Part shown: positions 46,164 through 59,303 of the stretch, in pieces | Position numbering within the stretch: the stretch's first letter is position 1 | Layout: each line of letters opens with the position of its first letter | Source of the DNA: the human T2T-CHM13v2.0 reference genome, Homo sapiens | Assembly: GCF_009914755.1 (NCBI RefSeq) | Contig: NC_060938.1 | Direction: 5' to 3' (one strand) | Length of the DNA stretch: 64,000 bases | The notes under the pieces: generated by a model | Told to the model about the DNA's origin: nothing | What the model saw: the letters and a program-made list of their open reading frames with translations, nothing else | Databases searched by the model: none | Position numbers and translations under genes: made by a program

Positions 46164-47333
46164 TCAAAGAAAGGAAGAACTGAAGGCAAAATTGAAAAGG
46201 GAGAGGTTCAGAAAACACGCAAGAAACTTAGCTGGATATAGAGCAAATTCCATTGCTGTAAATCCCATCATAGTGAAAACTTTCCTATTTTGTCCATGAA
46301 AAATTTCAAGCCCACACTCAAGGCCTACTCAAGTCAAGAACTGTTCAGTATTAAGGAAAATCTCAATATAACAAAAGGATGCATGTGAACCCTTCAGAGG
46401 ACCACCTTCCCAAGCTGCTTTCCATAAGGTATAAAGGAATGAAACTTAAAATCCAGTCTATGAAGATCACTAGCAAGGAAGGTGGCTTCTAGGTTACCCT
46501 CTCCGGCAGGAGTTAAACGATTCCAGCAAGCCTCACATCTGAATACCCTAGGCCTGTGAATCCACCTTCAGAAACAAGACAGTCCAGGCTGTCGGTGGAA
46601 CAGGGAAGTATTAAAACTGAACTATGGCTGCATGCACCCGAGATTTCCCAAAACAGTCTGTGTTTCAACCGTTCAATTCTTTGGTTAGCCCAGGTGTGCA
46701 GTTTCAGGCTCAGGAAACAGCCACCCAACCCCAAAATAAAGCAACATTGCCAGCCGCAGGGGTATCATGGCACAGGGTGAAAACAGTGGTGTTTGTCAGT
46801 AAGATGGAAGAGCCGGGGCAGGACGCACAGAGCAATTTTCCATGTGGCAAGTCATCTGCAGCATTTGTGAAAAGCTACAGCACATTCCTAGAGGTTGTCT
46901 TTAGAGGTCCCGCCTTCGGATAAGGCACAGAAATCCACTGGAAATAATAAAGAATGCGTTGTCAGAGTCCCTTGAAATCTGCTTTCTGTGAACTTCCCTG
47001 AAAAGGGCCTACGCTGTTCCAGTGGGTTTTGGTGGGCCGATAGCTGAGCTCACTTTGATGGTGACGTTCCCCCACGCCGCCCAACATGAGAGTTTTCTGA
47101 AAGGATTCTAGAACTCTGGGGACAGGAATTTTGCAGAGAATGTGAAAGAGAAGCACAGAGCAAACCATCCTTATCATTTAATGGACAAATAAAGAGGGAG
47201 TTAGGAGATAAACAGGCAAAAAAAAAAAAAAGGCCAGGAGTCGGCTGCAGGTGTGTGAGCGGGGATCAGTGTGTAGCTGTTTCTCACTCACACGTGGGAT
47301 CTCAGTCTCCCCAGAAGCACCCCATGCAGGCCT

Positions 47334-47358
47334 TCCTCCTCCTCCTCCTCCTCCTCCT
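47334..47358. repeat. (CCT)n microsatellite
   Basis: Direct reading. Confidence 0.9.
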
Positions 47359-48101
47359 GGAGACAGGAAGTCTCCCCTCTCCATAATTCAAGACTTCCTT
47401 CACCAGGCAAGCCTCCATCTTTCCTTTCTTTAAATCCACAAAAAATCTCGACATTCCACCCCAAGAAGTATGGCAGAGCAGTAAATCTCATTTTAATGGA
47501 GTGTACGTTTAGCTCCAAGGAGATAATTGACGTTATGGAGAGCCTCGACACCGAGTTATATAGGTTAGCTAATGCAGAGGGGACTCATTACTGACACACT
47601 ACAAACAAGTAGTAATATATGTATATTGTTCTGAGTGGCGTTAGAGCAAAAGTGTTCCGGTCCGCGGGGATTGATAAAGCACAAGAAAACAGCAGATATG
47701 CACTTGTAAATTTGTCTCATTTGTCTCTGAAGTTAAAGGTTATTCCCTTGTTCTGAATTTGTAATAAAAACATGCTAGCCCAGGGTTTGTGGAGAATGTT
47801 TGAATATTTAAATTGTGTATAATGATAGGCAATTATAGGGTAAAAAACTGGACCTTATGAATGGGGGGAACACTGTTTGGATCACCAAGTGTTTTCTTTT
47901 ATCTTTAATGCATTTTGCAAGTAATTTCCCCCCAGTGGGGTTCAGAGACCATTACCCAGTCCCACAACCACTAACCAGTAACTAACCAAGCTTGGGTTTG
48001 CCCGGGTGGATAGGCTCTTTTCCTTCTTTTTTCTTTTCCTTTCTTTTGTTAGTTTTGTTTCCTTCGATATGCAGAATACATCTCTCCAACCAATGGCTGG
48101 C

Positions 48102-48158
48102 CTGGGGCTGGGGCTGGGGCTGGGGCTGGGGCTGGGGCTGGGGCTAGGGCTGAGGCTG
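48102..48158. repeat. (CTGGGG)n hexamer repeat
   Basis: 7 perfect plus 2 degenerate copies. Confidence 0.95.
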
Positions 48159-49764
48159 AAACCGTGGCCTCTGTCCCCAGCAGGTCAGTTCGTCTTTCTG
48201 GGGAAGGACAAGGCTGGCCATAGGGAGAGGTCTGAGGGGCAGGGTGTGAATTTCCTCTGCCCCCCACAGTGGGCTCCCTTCTCCCCAACCCTCTCCCGGG
48301 AGGAGGGCCAGGGGCTGGTGGGGAGCCCCAGCTGTACCACCGGCTTGGGGCGGGGGGTGGCGCTGCGGCTCCCGCGGCTGGAGCCCAGGTGCCCGCCTGG
48401 CCGAGTCTGCTGTCGGCCCAGGTTAACCAACTGCAGTGCTAGAGTAACTCCAGCCAGCTTGTCACCGAGCACAAAAGTCATCAGCCAGTGAATGTTCTTT
48501 TCTGCACCACAATTAAGACGAATCAATACGACGTGCCACAAATGGTATTTTACTCTCAATAAGAACTCGAGCTGAGTTTATTCAGAATATTTTAGCGCTT
48601 CCCCGGGGGATTTTGGGCCGACGCAGATGGCAAATAAAGTACTCAGCCTAAGGCTACAGCACATTATGGTAATTCTAATGTCAGATGTACTTTAATATAC
48701 AGCTCTATTTAATCACCCCATTATTTCACATTTCCATATGAAAAACCTGCGGCACTTCTGCGGCGCTTTGCCTCTGCCACCGTGCCAAGCTTCCTCCAGC
48801 CGCTGCTGGCTGCCGGGACGTGGTCATCTCGCCAGGCACAGCCTGACACCACCGAAGTTTCCGGGTGCCCGGATGCACAGCCGAGCTGCCTGGTGCCGCT
48901 AGAACATCAGAGGACTCTAAGATGCACCGAACGCCACCATGGGCGGTTATGGAAGAGAAAAGCTGCACGCACACTACATGCACACACACATGCAAGTTCA
49001 CAATAAAATGCAGGGGGATGTGTGTCCACGTGGGCACACACGCACACCCACACACACAGTGTGCAGGAGAGAAACTAATGTCGACAAGGAGTTACACCCA
49101 CGCTCCTAACACGGCCCTCTCCAGACACCAACACCCCAGCATGGCGGCTACTGGGTCAGCAGCTGGATCCAATCACAACGCTGGCTCCAGCCTGCGGCCC
49201 CAGCAGCTGTGCCCATTGGTTCTCCCAGGACTGCCCCCCACCCCATGAGGGCAGGATAAAGGCATCATCCACACCAAGGGGCAGAAGGAGGCCAGGCTGA
49301 TGACAAAGCCAGAGGGGAGTGCACGAGGTAGAGCGGGGGATGAGAAGGGCTGGGAAACTGCTGCCCACACTGTGTGGGAGCACCTGGAGCAAGAAGGCCC
49401 CCAAGATGACCCTTATCGGGGACTATGGGCACTAGGGAATTGAAGCCTAGAGGTCCAGGCCCAGGGGAGGTGGAGTTCTGTGAATTCCAAGTGGCAGGAG
49501 CACCTCAAGGCTGGCTGGGCTGGCCCGCAGAAGCAGGGGTGTGGGCCGAGCCCAGGAAATCACTCTCAAGGCACTCCAAGAAGCCCAGCACAGCACCTGC
49601 TGACAATCCAATTCTAGATTTCCCAAAGACAGGTTTTGCTGATGGATGCAATGACACCTGGCACCCGACCCTACTGGGTGTCCCAATAATGAGCCAACAC
49701 TTAAAGCCACATAACATGATTCACAGAAACAGTTACAGCATATGTCTTTAAAACAAGGCACTTG

Positions 49765-50289
<525 letters not shown>

Positions 50290-50680
50290 CTAATTCTAGA
50301 AAGAAGAATTGTTCTAAAGCTCGGCATGGCAAATATTTCAGAGAAAAACTGCTCGACTGTTTGAAGGTACAGATGTCTGACCTACCTGGCCATTCCAACT
50401 CCTACAGGTGCGACTGTGACAGACAGCTCACCACCTCCACTCCCACTGCCCGCTTCGGCCACACGGGGGGGGGTCACCCTCAAATTAGGGTCATCCTGTT
50501 ACTTCTTTTTAAAATATGCTTTGGGGGTAAAATCTAACAATGGGAATTCAGTCCCAATTTTCAAGGAAGGCCTTTGATTCCACTCTTTTATTATTGGTTA
50601 TTCTTGAACCTCAAAATAGATACTAATATTCCCCCAGGCCTTTTCCAGGTTGTTGTCAGTTAGAAAAAAACAGCCTAGGA

Positions 50681-50900
50681 CAGTGGTTCTCAACTGAGGG
50701 TTGTTTTGCCCCTCCAGGAAACCTGCGGCAATATTTGGAGATATTTGTGATTGTCAAGACTGAAGGGGCTTGGGCTTGGGGTGCTACTGGCATCTAGTGG
50801 GGAGAGGCCAGGGATGCCACTGCACATCTACGATGCACAGGACATCTCCCCAACAAAGGATGAGCCAGTCCACATAGCAACTGTCCCAAAAGTGGGCAGC
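50681..50900. mobile_element. MER20 hAT DNA transposon (opposite orientation to the 36.2 kb copy)
   Basis: cagtggttctcaac..ttttgcccc..ggcaatatttggagatattt..gtgctactggcatctagtgg..gaggccagggatgc. Confidence 0.8.
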
Positions 50901-52419
50901 CCTGGGCCACACCCGTCAACTTAAACACTGGCTTCCTTGTGGGGACCGCACCTAAATCTAAAAAAAAAAAATAGACTGAAAGAGAAAGTGGGGAGTCAGG
51001 AAGAGAGTGGGAAAGGGAGAAAGAGGTGGAGAGAATTGAAAAGACAGAGAGAAGAGGAGGGGCCCACACCATCTACTTCTCTGGCAATAAAGAAACTGTG
51101 GAATCCCAGTCAATTTCATCATTGTAGAAATCATTTGAATTCCAGAGTTGCCTGGAGCTGAGAATCTGGGGCTCCTAGGGAGCTCCGAGCCTCGTGAAGG
51201 GGGAAGGCAGCCTGAAATGGCAGAGGGGGCAGGGGGACTGCATTTGTCAGCACCCCCCTGCCCGCAGCCCTCCACCAAAAAAAAAAAAAATGCTCCGAGT
51301 GACTTCCCTCCAGAGCTGGGCTTGGCCACTAAGGCAGGGATGTCAGGGGCTGCCCTAGATTTGGTGGCTCAGCTGTGAGCCCTGCAACAGCGGCTGCAGG
51401 AGATGAAAAACAAATATATACTTCCTGAAGTCAAAGAGATAAAAATACAATTTCTGCTGCGTATGCCACTCTTTCACGCAGCATCAACACTTATGTGGGG
51501 TGACGGGGGGAGGAGGATGACCACGCAAGCTTAAGTGATTTTTTTAAAAAACACGATCCAGAGAGATTACATAAAAAGTACAATTAAGGGACGCTCAGAA
51601 TCCCGAGGCCTTCAAGAACGTGCTAGCTCCGGAATATTTTTAGAACAATCACTGGAGTGATTCTTCTTAGTTGTAGAAACACTCCAAATCAGAAAGTCAA
51701 TTTTTCCTCTATTTGCAGCAGTGCTGGCTCCACTGGACGGAATGCGTGTGTTTTGCTTGGCGGCTGTTCATAATACTGTCTTGGCAGCGTTTCCTTGGAG
51801 CGCACACGGTGAACCTGGCTCTCGCATACAGTAGCACTTTCATTTTAAGCGCCCCAGCCACGCTTCCCTAATAACAGCCTGGGAACTGCAAAACCCCTGT
51901 AAGCCCAGCCCTTTAAATGGGGAACAGAGCAGGGCTTTCGGGGCCCCGCTCGCCACAATAGGGACTGTAAACTGGGGCTGGTGCTTTCAATCAAGAAACG
52001 TGGCTCTCGTTAGAAGGCAGAAAATAAAACAATGCCGGCACGTTCTGGAGACCACAGCGCGCTACCTTTCACCTCGTCCTCGCCACACACACCCAGGCCC
52101 AGCCCCGCTGCCTCCTCTACCCTCCTGCTGTCCTGCCAGGTACCAGGTGTACCAGACCGGCTGAAGTTTGGATGGGAAGGGACATGGCAACTTGGGAACC
52201 ACACTGGGGCTGGGGCTGTGGGCCAGAAAGATCTGATTCTCCTGCTTCCTAGCCTTGGCTGAACATGAATGAGTGAGCTCAACTCTGAGCTCCAAGTTCC
52301 TTATCCATAAATGCGAGTGACACCTGTATTGAGGATGTGGAAAGATTCCAGAGCGTGCATGGAAGAGTCCTGCCTCTGGTCAGTGCTCAATAGAGAATGC
52401 TATTTAATGATCAAAATGT

Positions 52420-52545
52420 AAATGAGTGAATGAATGAATGAATGAATGAATGAGTGAATGAATGGATAAAAGAGTGAATGAATGAATGAGTAAATTAGTG
52501 AATAAGTGAATAAGTGAATGAATGAATGAGTGAATAAGTGAGTGC
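52420..52545. repeat. (TGAA)n degenerate tetranucleotide repeat following a MIR/L2-type tail
   Basis: Direct reading. Confidence 0.9.
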
Positions 52546-55500
52546 AAGACAGCAGGATGGGGCTAAGAGGGGCTAAGATGAGATGGGACCACTCATGAAC
52601 AAATCCCCAAACCCCTCTCTGTCACTGATCAGCCACCGTGGTCAGCCACTGCCACCAAGTAGTCGTCATTCAAAAGGGGCCTTCCAGGTACAATTTCAGC
52701 CCCTCCCTGGCATCAAGAAACGTAGTGATTTCGGCCTCTTACAACTGGCTCATCACCACTGTCTGTTCGCACACTCCTCTTTCTTTCTCCCTATGTTGTT
52801 TACAAAGGTTTCATTATGTTTTCAACTAATCAGAAAGGCCCCGCTAATACACAATTAACATGTGATTATAAAAAAAATTAAAATAGCTTCCAGAAGAAGG
52901 AAATGTAATTAAGTAGAGAATGCTTTTCAATAAGTGCTTGCTTTAACCCATTGTCAGAACACAGTCTACGTTCGTCCACAATGCCTAGAACAGATGCCAA
53001 GGGCAGAATGTTAAAAGGAAGTTTAAAAAAAAAAGGGGACATTATTTTCTGGGGGAATAATAGCCATCAACTTGGTACAACATGCCGGAGAACTCGGATT
53101 CCGGCTGCAGAGGAGAGACCCTCCTCCCAATCCTCTTACCTCTTTTTTCTGGAGAAAGAAAAAAAAGTTTCCCTTCTAAAAAAATGAAATAAATGATTAA
53201 AGCCAAATCTAAGATAATAAGAATACATGCAACTAAATAGAGAAACCAACAGCCAAACACACACACTAACGAACCCCACTGCCAACAGAAGTTCTGGTCC
53301 AGACCATGAAGAGGGTTTGATAGCACCTCTTTTTCATCAAGTCTGTGATCATTTTGTTTCAAATCATTTCTGGCCAAATTTCAGAAGGGATCTGTCTTTT
53401 TAAAACCCCAAATCTAAAATGCGTTTGTAGACTCCTGTTTGAAAAGCAGGCTGACCAATCTGAAGGATTTTATTTCTCCCCCTTCTCTGCAGCCATCCCA
53501 AAGCAGTGCTCCAGCCAATGAGATCCGGCCATTTTATTGGCCCCAATGCTTGTCAATATGAATGGGGGTACTGGGGGTTTCAATGGTTTCTGCCAGACAA
53601 TATGGGCCCAAAGCAAATGGCAAATTCAGTGATTTTGCAAGGAATGGGAATGTCGTGAGAAACGTGCATGACCCCACACATGAATTCTCCCAAACATGAT
53701 GGAGAAGACGAAATATCAGGAAGCTCAGGGCAGGTGACAGGGCGACCACCTGGACACCTGTCCTCCCTCCTCACAGCCCCAGCACAGAGCAAGTGCTGCT
53801 GGCCCCGGACTGTCCCCCAGCAGCAGAAGTCACAGTCAGCAAACCGCCAAGGCCTTCCCCGGACTGCACTGGCTTACAGAACACACCCAGTTCTGGTAAG
53901 ATGGGCCCGCCAAGGAGCCAGTGCTCCTGGACAACATCCCTAGGGGGTGGCAGGGCCAGGAAGATGCCTGTAGGCATGGCCAGAGCTCTGTCCTTCTCGG
54001 CTTCTGCCCTGTGGGGCACCCAGAACCCCATCCAGTGTTGCCCATGCACCTTGAACAAAGGACTGAACACTATGGGGTTCTATTCCCAACCAGCTATGAC
54101 TCGGCAGTTATTAGCTGGGCAACCCTGGGGAAGGTGCTTAACTTCTCTGAATCTGTCCTTCGGTGTGAAAGGCCTTGTCTGCAAAATGGCCCCCAGAGGA
54201 AGCTAATATTTTCCCTGTCACTCAGGGGAGAAAGGTGAGATTCAACCAGGTTGCGTGGCTGGTCCTACAGGAAGTGAAGGAGCTGGGACCCAGGCTTGGA
54301 TGACTTGGCTCAAAAGCAGTCTCAACCGTGGAGCAGACGGCCTTCGATAATAGCAACCCCCGAGGATGCAGACAGGCCTGAACCACGGGCACCCGACCAG
54401 TAGGACCTTGGTCAGTCCTTACCACGATCCCATCTTACCTCAGCTCCCAAGTGCAGAAGCCAAGGCTCAGGAACAAAGCGCGTCTACCCAAGGCCATCCA
54501 GGCAACAAGGCAGGTCCAGCCAGCCTGCCCTTGCTCCTTCCACCAATAAGTCACCTTAGCACAGAGCCATCTCCCCCAGGTGCACAGATGGGAAAACGAA
54601 GGCTGCCCAGCATGCAGAAAGGGCTTCCTGAGGTCGCACAGCCCAAGGATGAGGCTGGCGCAGGAACTCGAGCCTTCAGACTCCTCTTCTGCCCAGATGA
54701 TCAGGGGACTGAAAAGTACCTAAAGCAAGCCAAGATGCGTTCTCAGGAAAATATGTGGAGCGAACTACCTGGCTTCCTGACCTGTACTTTCAAGCCCCAC
54801 TGTCAAATCCACCACAGACACCAACACAGTGGTCCACTCTGACCCAGGGCTCCTCTGGAAGAAAAGGAAGAGAAGCTTCCCAGGGCTCTCCAGTATTCCC
54901 CACACCTCCTCTGTGGGGCTCCCCCAGCACCTCCATTTTGCAGATGAGACCAGAATGCTGCAGGCGAATGGTGCACCCAGCATTCTATCCTTGCCCACCC
55001 CACCACACACCACAGTCCCCCAAGCCAGGATACTGCACTGGGCTTTGCACCCCCAAAACAATGGCTGGCCCTTGCTGAGCACTTGCTGAGTGCCTCAGTG
55101 TATCTTCGTGAACCCCCACAAGGCTCGTATGCCTTGGATTCCACATGGAGGATCCAAGCTCAGAGAGGTAAAGCAACCCACCCGAGGATACACAGCTTAC
55201 ATCCATCCCAGGGCCTGCAGCATGGGAAGTGCTCAAAATAAAGCATAAGTAAGTTTCCTCGAGCTAGCACCCCACCCCCAAGGATAACAGGCCCCTACAG
55301 AGTGGGAGCCTCGTCCCAGTCATTCCTGTCACCCTTCACCACCCAACACCATCTGACACATAGTAGGTGCTCAGCCAACACCTGCTAGACTGAGCTGACA
55401 CAGCCCTCCTGCCTGCTGCCCAGAAGAGCCCTTAAAATTCTGCAGTCTGCACCCGCCCCTTGTGTCTGCGCGGCACAGTGAGAACTGACATTTCTTCCTA

Positions 55501-57954
55501 GATAAATATCTGGAAAGAAGTCGGGAAACAATTAAAACTAGAAGCTAATAAATGATGAAGAAGCCCATGAGCCAAGTCCTGGCCCGCTTCCCAGTCTTCA
55601 TTCATGCATCAAAAAAACCCCAGCGGTCCGAGGCTTCGAGAGGGCAGCTGGGTGGTGGGGCTGTCCGGCATAATATAAATGGGAATTAGATAGAATCGAA
55701 GGTGCTTGTTGCATTCCCAACGGCAAACACCATCTCCCAATGCTGCCCCCCAGCCCACGTCTCCCCAGCCAAGCCCTCTTCTCAGGGAACACATGACAGA
55801 TGATCTTGTAACCAGGCAACCAGGGGAGGAAAGGTTCCAAAGTTCCTCCACACGAGTGAGGACAGCAGTGTTCTGATCATAGTGGTGACTGGGGCGCAGC
55901 ACCGTGATACCTTCTGTGGACCTGAAAAAAACAGGGGCTGGGGGTGCACCGGCCACTCCTCCAACATGAGGACCTCAATGTCCTGGCATCCTCCCCTTCC
56001 CCTCCTGAGCCAGGCCAGCCAGCCCATCTTTCAGGGAGATAGCTCCGTGTCCCCAACTATCCTGGTCAAAGCTGTTCCCAGTGGGTTGAAAACCTAAGGT
56101 CCTAGGCCACAGCAGCTTTCACTTTGCAGCGGCTCATGTGCCCTGACCATTCCCTGTCTGCAGCTGTCTTGACAGATGCCCCCCAAGATTCCCAGGAGCT
56201 GAAGCCTCAGCAGTTCCACCGGTCAGCTGCACACTGGATAGATGTTTGTCCACCATCAGAGAGGATACCTGTGTCCACAAGAGAGGGGACCTTGCAAACG
56301 GAACAGGAGCTCTGTGTGCAGGGAGTGTGCAAACCCACCCGCTCAAAAAATCCAAATGCTTGCCAAGGCTGTGTGATACAACTCGAACACCGAGCACCTT
56401 CACATGAGCACCTCATAAACCAGGTGCTTTCTCAACCAAGGCTGCACAGGATCCTCACCAGTTGAGATTATCACATGGTGATGTTGAGGCTCAGGGCTGG
56501 AAGGAGGAAAGGGAACATTTACCAAGAACCTTCCATGTTCTGGTTCCTTCCATGTTCAGAACCTGGCCCGAAGGTTTCACATGCATAATTCCAGGGAGTT
56601 TATTCTCAGACCTGGAAGCATACTCATTTTGTTACAGGTGAAGGAACTGAGGCCCAACACCAGACCAGAAGCTAAATGCATGCCTTTCCACCTCCCCAGC
56701 CTGCACCCTTATCAGGCTACACAACATCCCTTTGCTAACATGGTCTGAATTTGGGCACTGTCTAGGGATACAGTTGGTGGCAGTGGGTCAGAAGCAATGA
56801 GCAGATGAGTAAGAAAAGGACCCCAGGACAGAAGGGGACACCTACAGGGACCCAGTGTGTGCCAGACACTGCTCTAGGGCCTAAAGACACCCCTGGCCCC
56901 TCTCTTGCCAGTCAGCTGAAGTCAGTATGCAAAGCAGGGTCTCCCACTCTGGATTCAGGGCAGAGCTGTCATTTTATTTCTTTCTTTCCAATATCCATAG
57001 TACCCTTAATAAAGAAAATGAGTGAAGTTGGAAAATTGAAGATTGGAAAGAGAATTTTTTTTTCACGAGGCAAGCCTCTCATTCATTCCTTTGGGTGTCA
57101 GAGGGTGGTGAGGGGTGCTCCAGGGAGGAAATGAAGCCCTTGCTGTGGGGAGGAGGATTCGCCTCCTATCTAATAAGGTTCTTCTGACAACGCCAAGATA
57201 CACACCCTGCACGCACTCTTCCTCGCTGCGTGAATAGAATATGATTATTTCTAACGTCTCTATCTGAAAGGAAATGACCACAGCCAGAAACGAAGCAGAC
57301 AGACGGCTGGAGCGGAGACTCAGAGACGGAGGCCATCAACTGGACAGCTGCGTGCGAGGGAGACATCCTCACCAAGTGTCCCCCTTTCTGGGTCATGCAC
57401 CCCCAGCCCCAGAAGAGGACAGCAGACTCTGCTGTGCAGGCCCCTGACTTCCAATTTGAAGCCGCAAGCCAGGTATGGAAATCAGAGCAATAAAGAGACG
57501 ATGCCTCCCAAATGCACAGGACGCGGGCTGTGTCGGGAAGCTATCCATCACAGCTGGCTGACACGCGTGGGCTTAGTGTGTATCCCCCTGATCCATCGAA
57601 GGGCTGGATGGTTTTCTGGGAAGTGGGAGGAGGAGCTAATGAAACCACAAGGTTGGCAGAGGCTGCCGATGCAGGGTGCCCAGCTAGAAACTTTTCTTTC
57701 CACTGAGAAAAAGTGGCTACAACTTTTGAGATCAGTGTCATTGCACTGTCTGATTTTCAAGGAAACTTTTCTTCTTGTGGAAACCTTTACAGGTACAAAC
57801 AAGGATATGGAAGGAAATATAATCCATCAAAATAACTTCTCTTAAAATGTCAATGTTTCCTTTCGGTCCCTTTCCTGTGGATGCAGATAGACAAGAACAC
57901 ACAGACATCGAACGGCTGAGCTCTTGCTGTATACAGTTCAAACAGCTGAGCTCC

Positions 57955-58240
57955 TGCTGTATACAGTTTTGATTTGTGCTTGACATTTTCCCACATCGCT
58001 AGAAGTGCCCTGACATCATTATTTTCAATTGCTGGGTGATGTTCCACCCTATGGCTGGGGCATGTTTATTTCACCACTCTCTTTTCCATGATTATAGGGA
58101 CGCTGCAGGTGTATACGTATGAGCCTATGCGTGTCCCTGGTTAGTCTTCAGGCCGTGGTCCTGGAAGTAGAATTCCTGGATTGAATGGTATGAAAGGTCT
58201 CGCGACACATTCTCAGCCATACCCCCAGCCTTCCAAACAG
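57955..58240 (-). mobile_element. Old L1M fragment
   Basis: tcctggaagtagaattcctggattgaatggtatg and preceding L1M 3'-like motifs. Confidence 0.45.
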
Positions 58241-59196
58241 AGTGCACCTTCCGCACCTTCCGCACCTTCCGAAATGCACTGCTTTGCACTCACCAGAACA
58301 GCCCCATCTGGGCTAATCCTAAGACACAAGAATACCTGTTCCACCCCACCCCCGGTCAGCACAGCAAAAAACTTTCCACTTAATCAATGGTTTTAGAAAA
58401 CTCTTCGGCGAATGGGGCTAGCAGGCTTCCGACTCTCTGCATTCCTCCCAGGCAGACTAGGTCAGCCATCCCCAGGTGCACCCCAGCCCCGTGACACACC
58501 AGAGCGCCTAGCTCAGACTCCCCGGACACCACTTGCTCACGGCGAGGGACGCTTTGCGCGGGGCCGTTGTCCAAAACAATCATTTTTTAAAAAAACAAAC
58601 AGAAAGGAAGCATCACTGATACTTTTGCGATACTTGTCCGCTTCCTGAAAATGTGAGATAATGAATAAAAATGTTCATTACCGAATTATTCGCTTTTCCT
58701 CCCTGATCCACGTCCTGGTAATTACCGTGACCAGCCTAATAAAAACTGCTACAAACCGAAGGTCAACTGGCAGTTAGAAGTGTTCATTTTCATTTCAATG
58801 TATTCATCTCTGGCTCCTAATGGCCTCATTTTCTCCCATGCTCCTTAATAAATACCACTGAATTACAGGTTAAATAGCTAAATTAAATTATTGCAATTAC
58901 AGCGTGCAGAGCCCTGAATCTGGGTTTACCTTTCCCAGTTCAATTAGAGGCGAAGTTTCAACAGCCGAGGAATTCTGATTGCTGTCAATATTCTCAATGG
59001 CTGAGAATCTGCACAGACGCCCAGATATTTGGTGAGAGGGTTCTTTCCCCCTTCTTGTTTCTGAGGGACTGATTGGAGCGCTCTCGACTGAAACAAAATC
59101 ACACAATCAAAAGTGGTTTTTGGAAAGCGACCACAAGGCATAATTGATTCTTTTTGACTGAAAAGGGAGAAGACTTAGCAGGGTTCTGGCTAAATG

Positions 59197-59197
<1 letters not shown>

Positions 59198-59251
<54 letters not shown>

Positions 59252-59303
59252 CGCACACGTGCACGTGTGTGCGTGTGTGCATGCATATGTGTGTGTGTAC
59301 ACA
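59198..59303. repeat. (TG)23(CG)5 compound alternating purine-pyrimidine microsatellite
   Basis: Direct reading. Confidence 0.97.

Noticed and set aside
53936-53953. CTCF-like motif CCCTAGGGGGTGGCA
   Set aside because: Several mismatches to the core; cannot support without PWM scoring or ChIP
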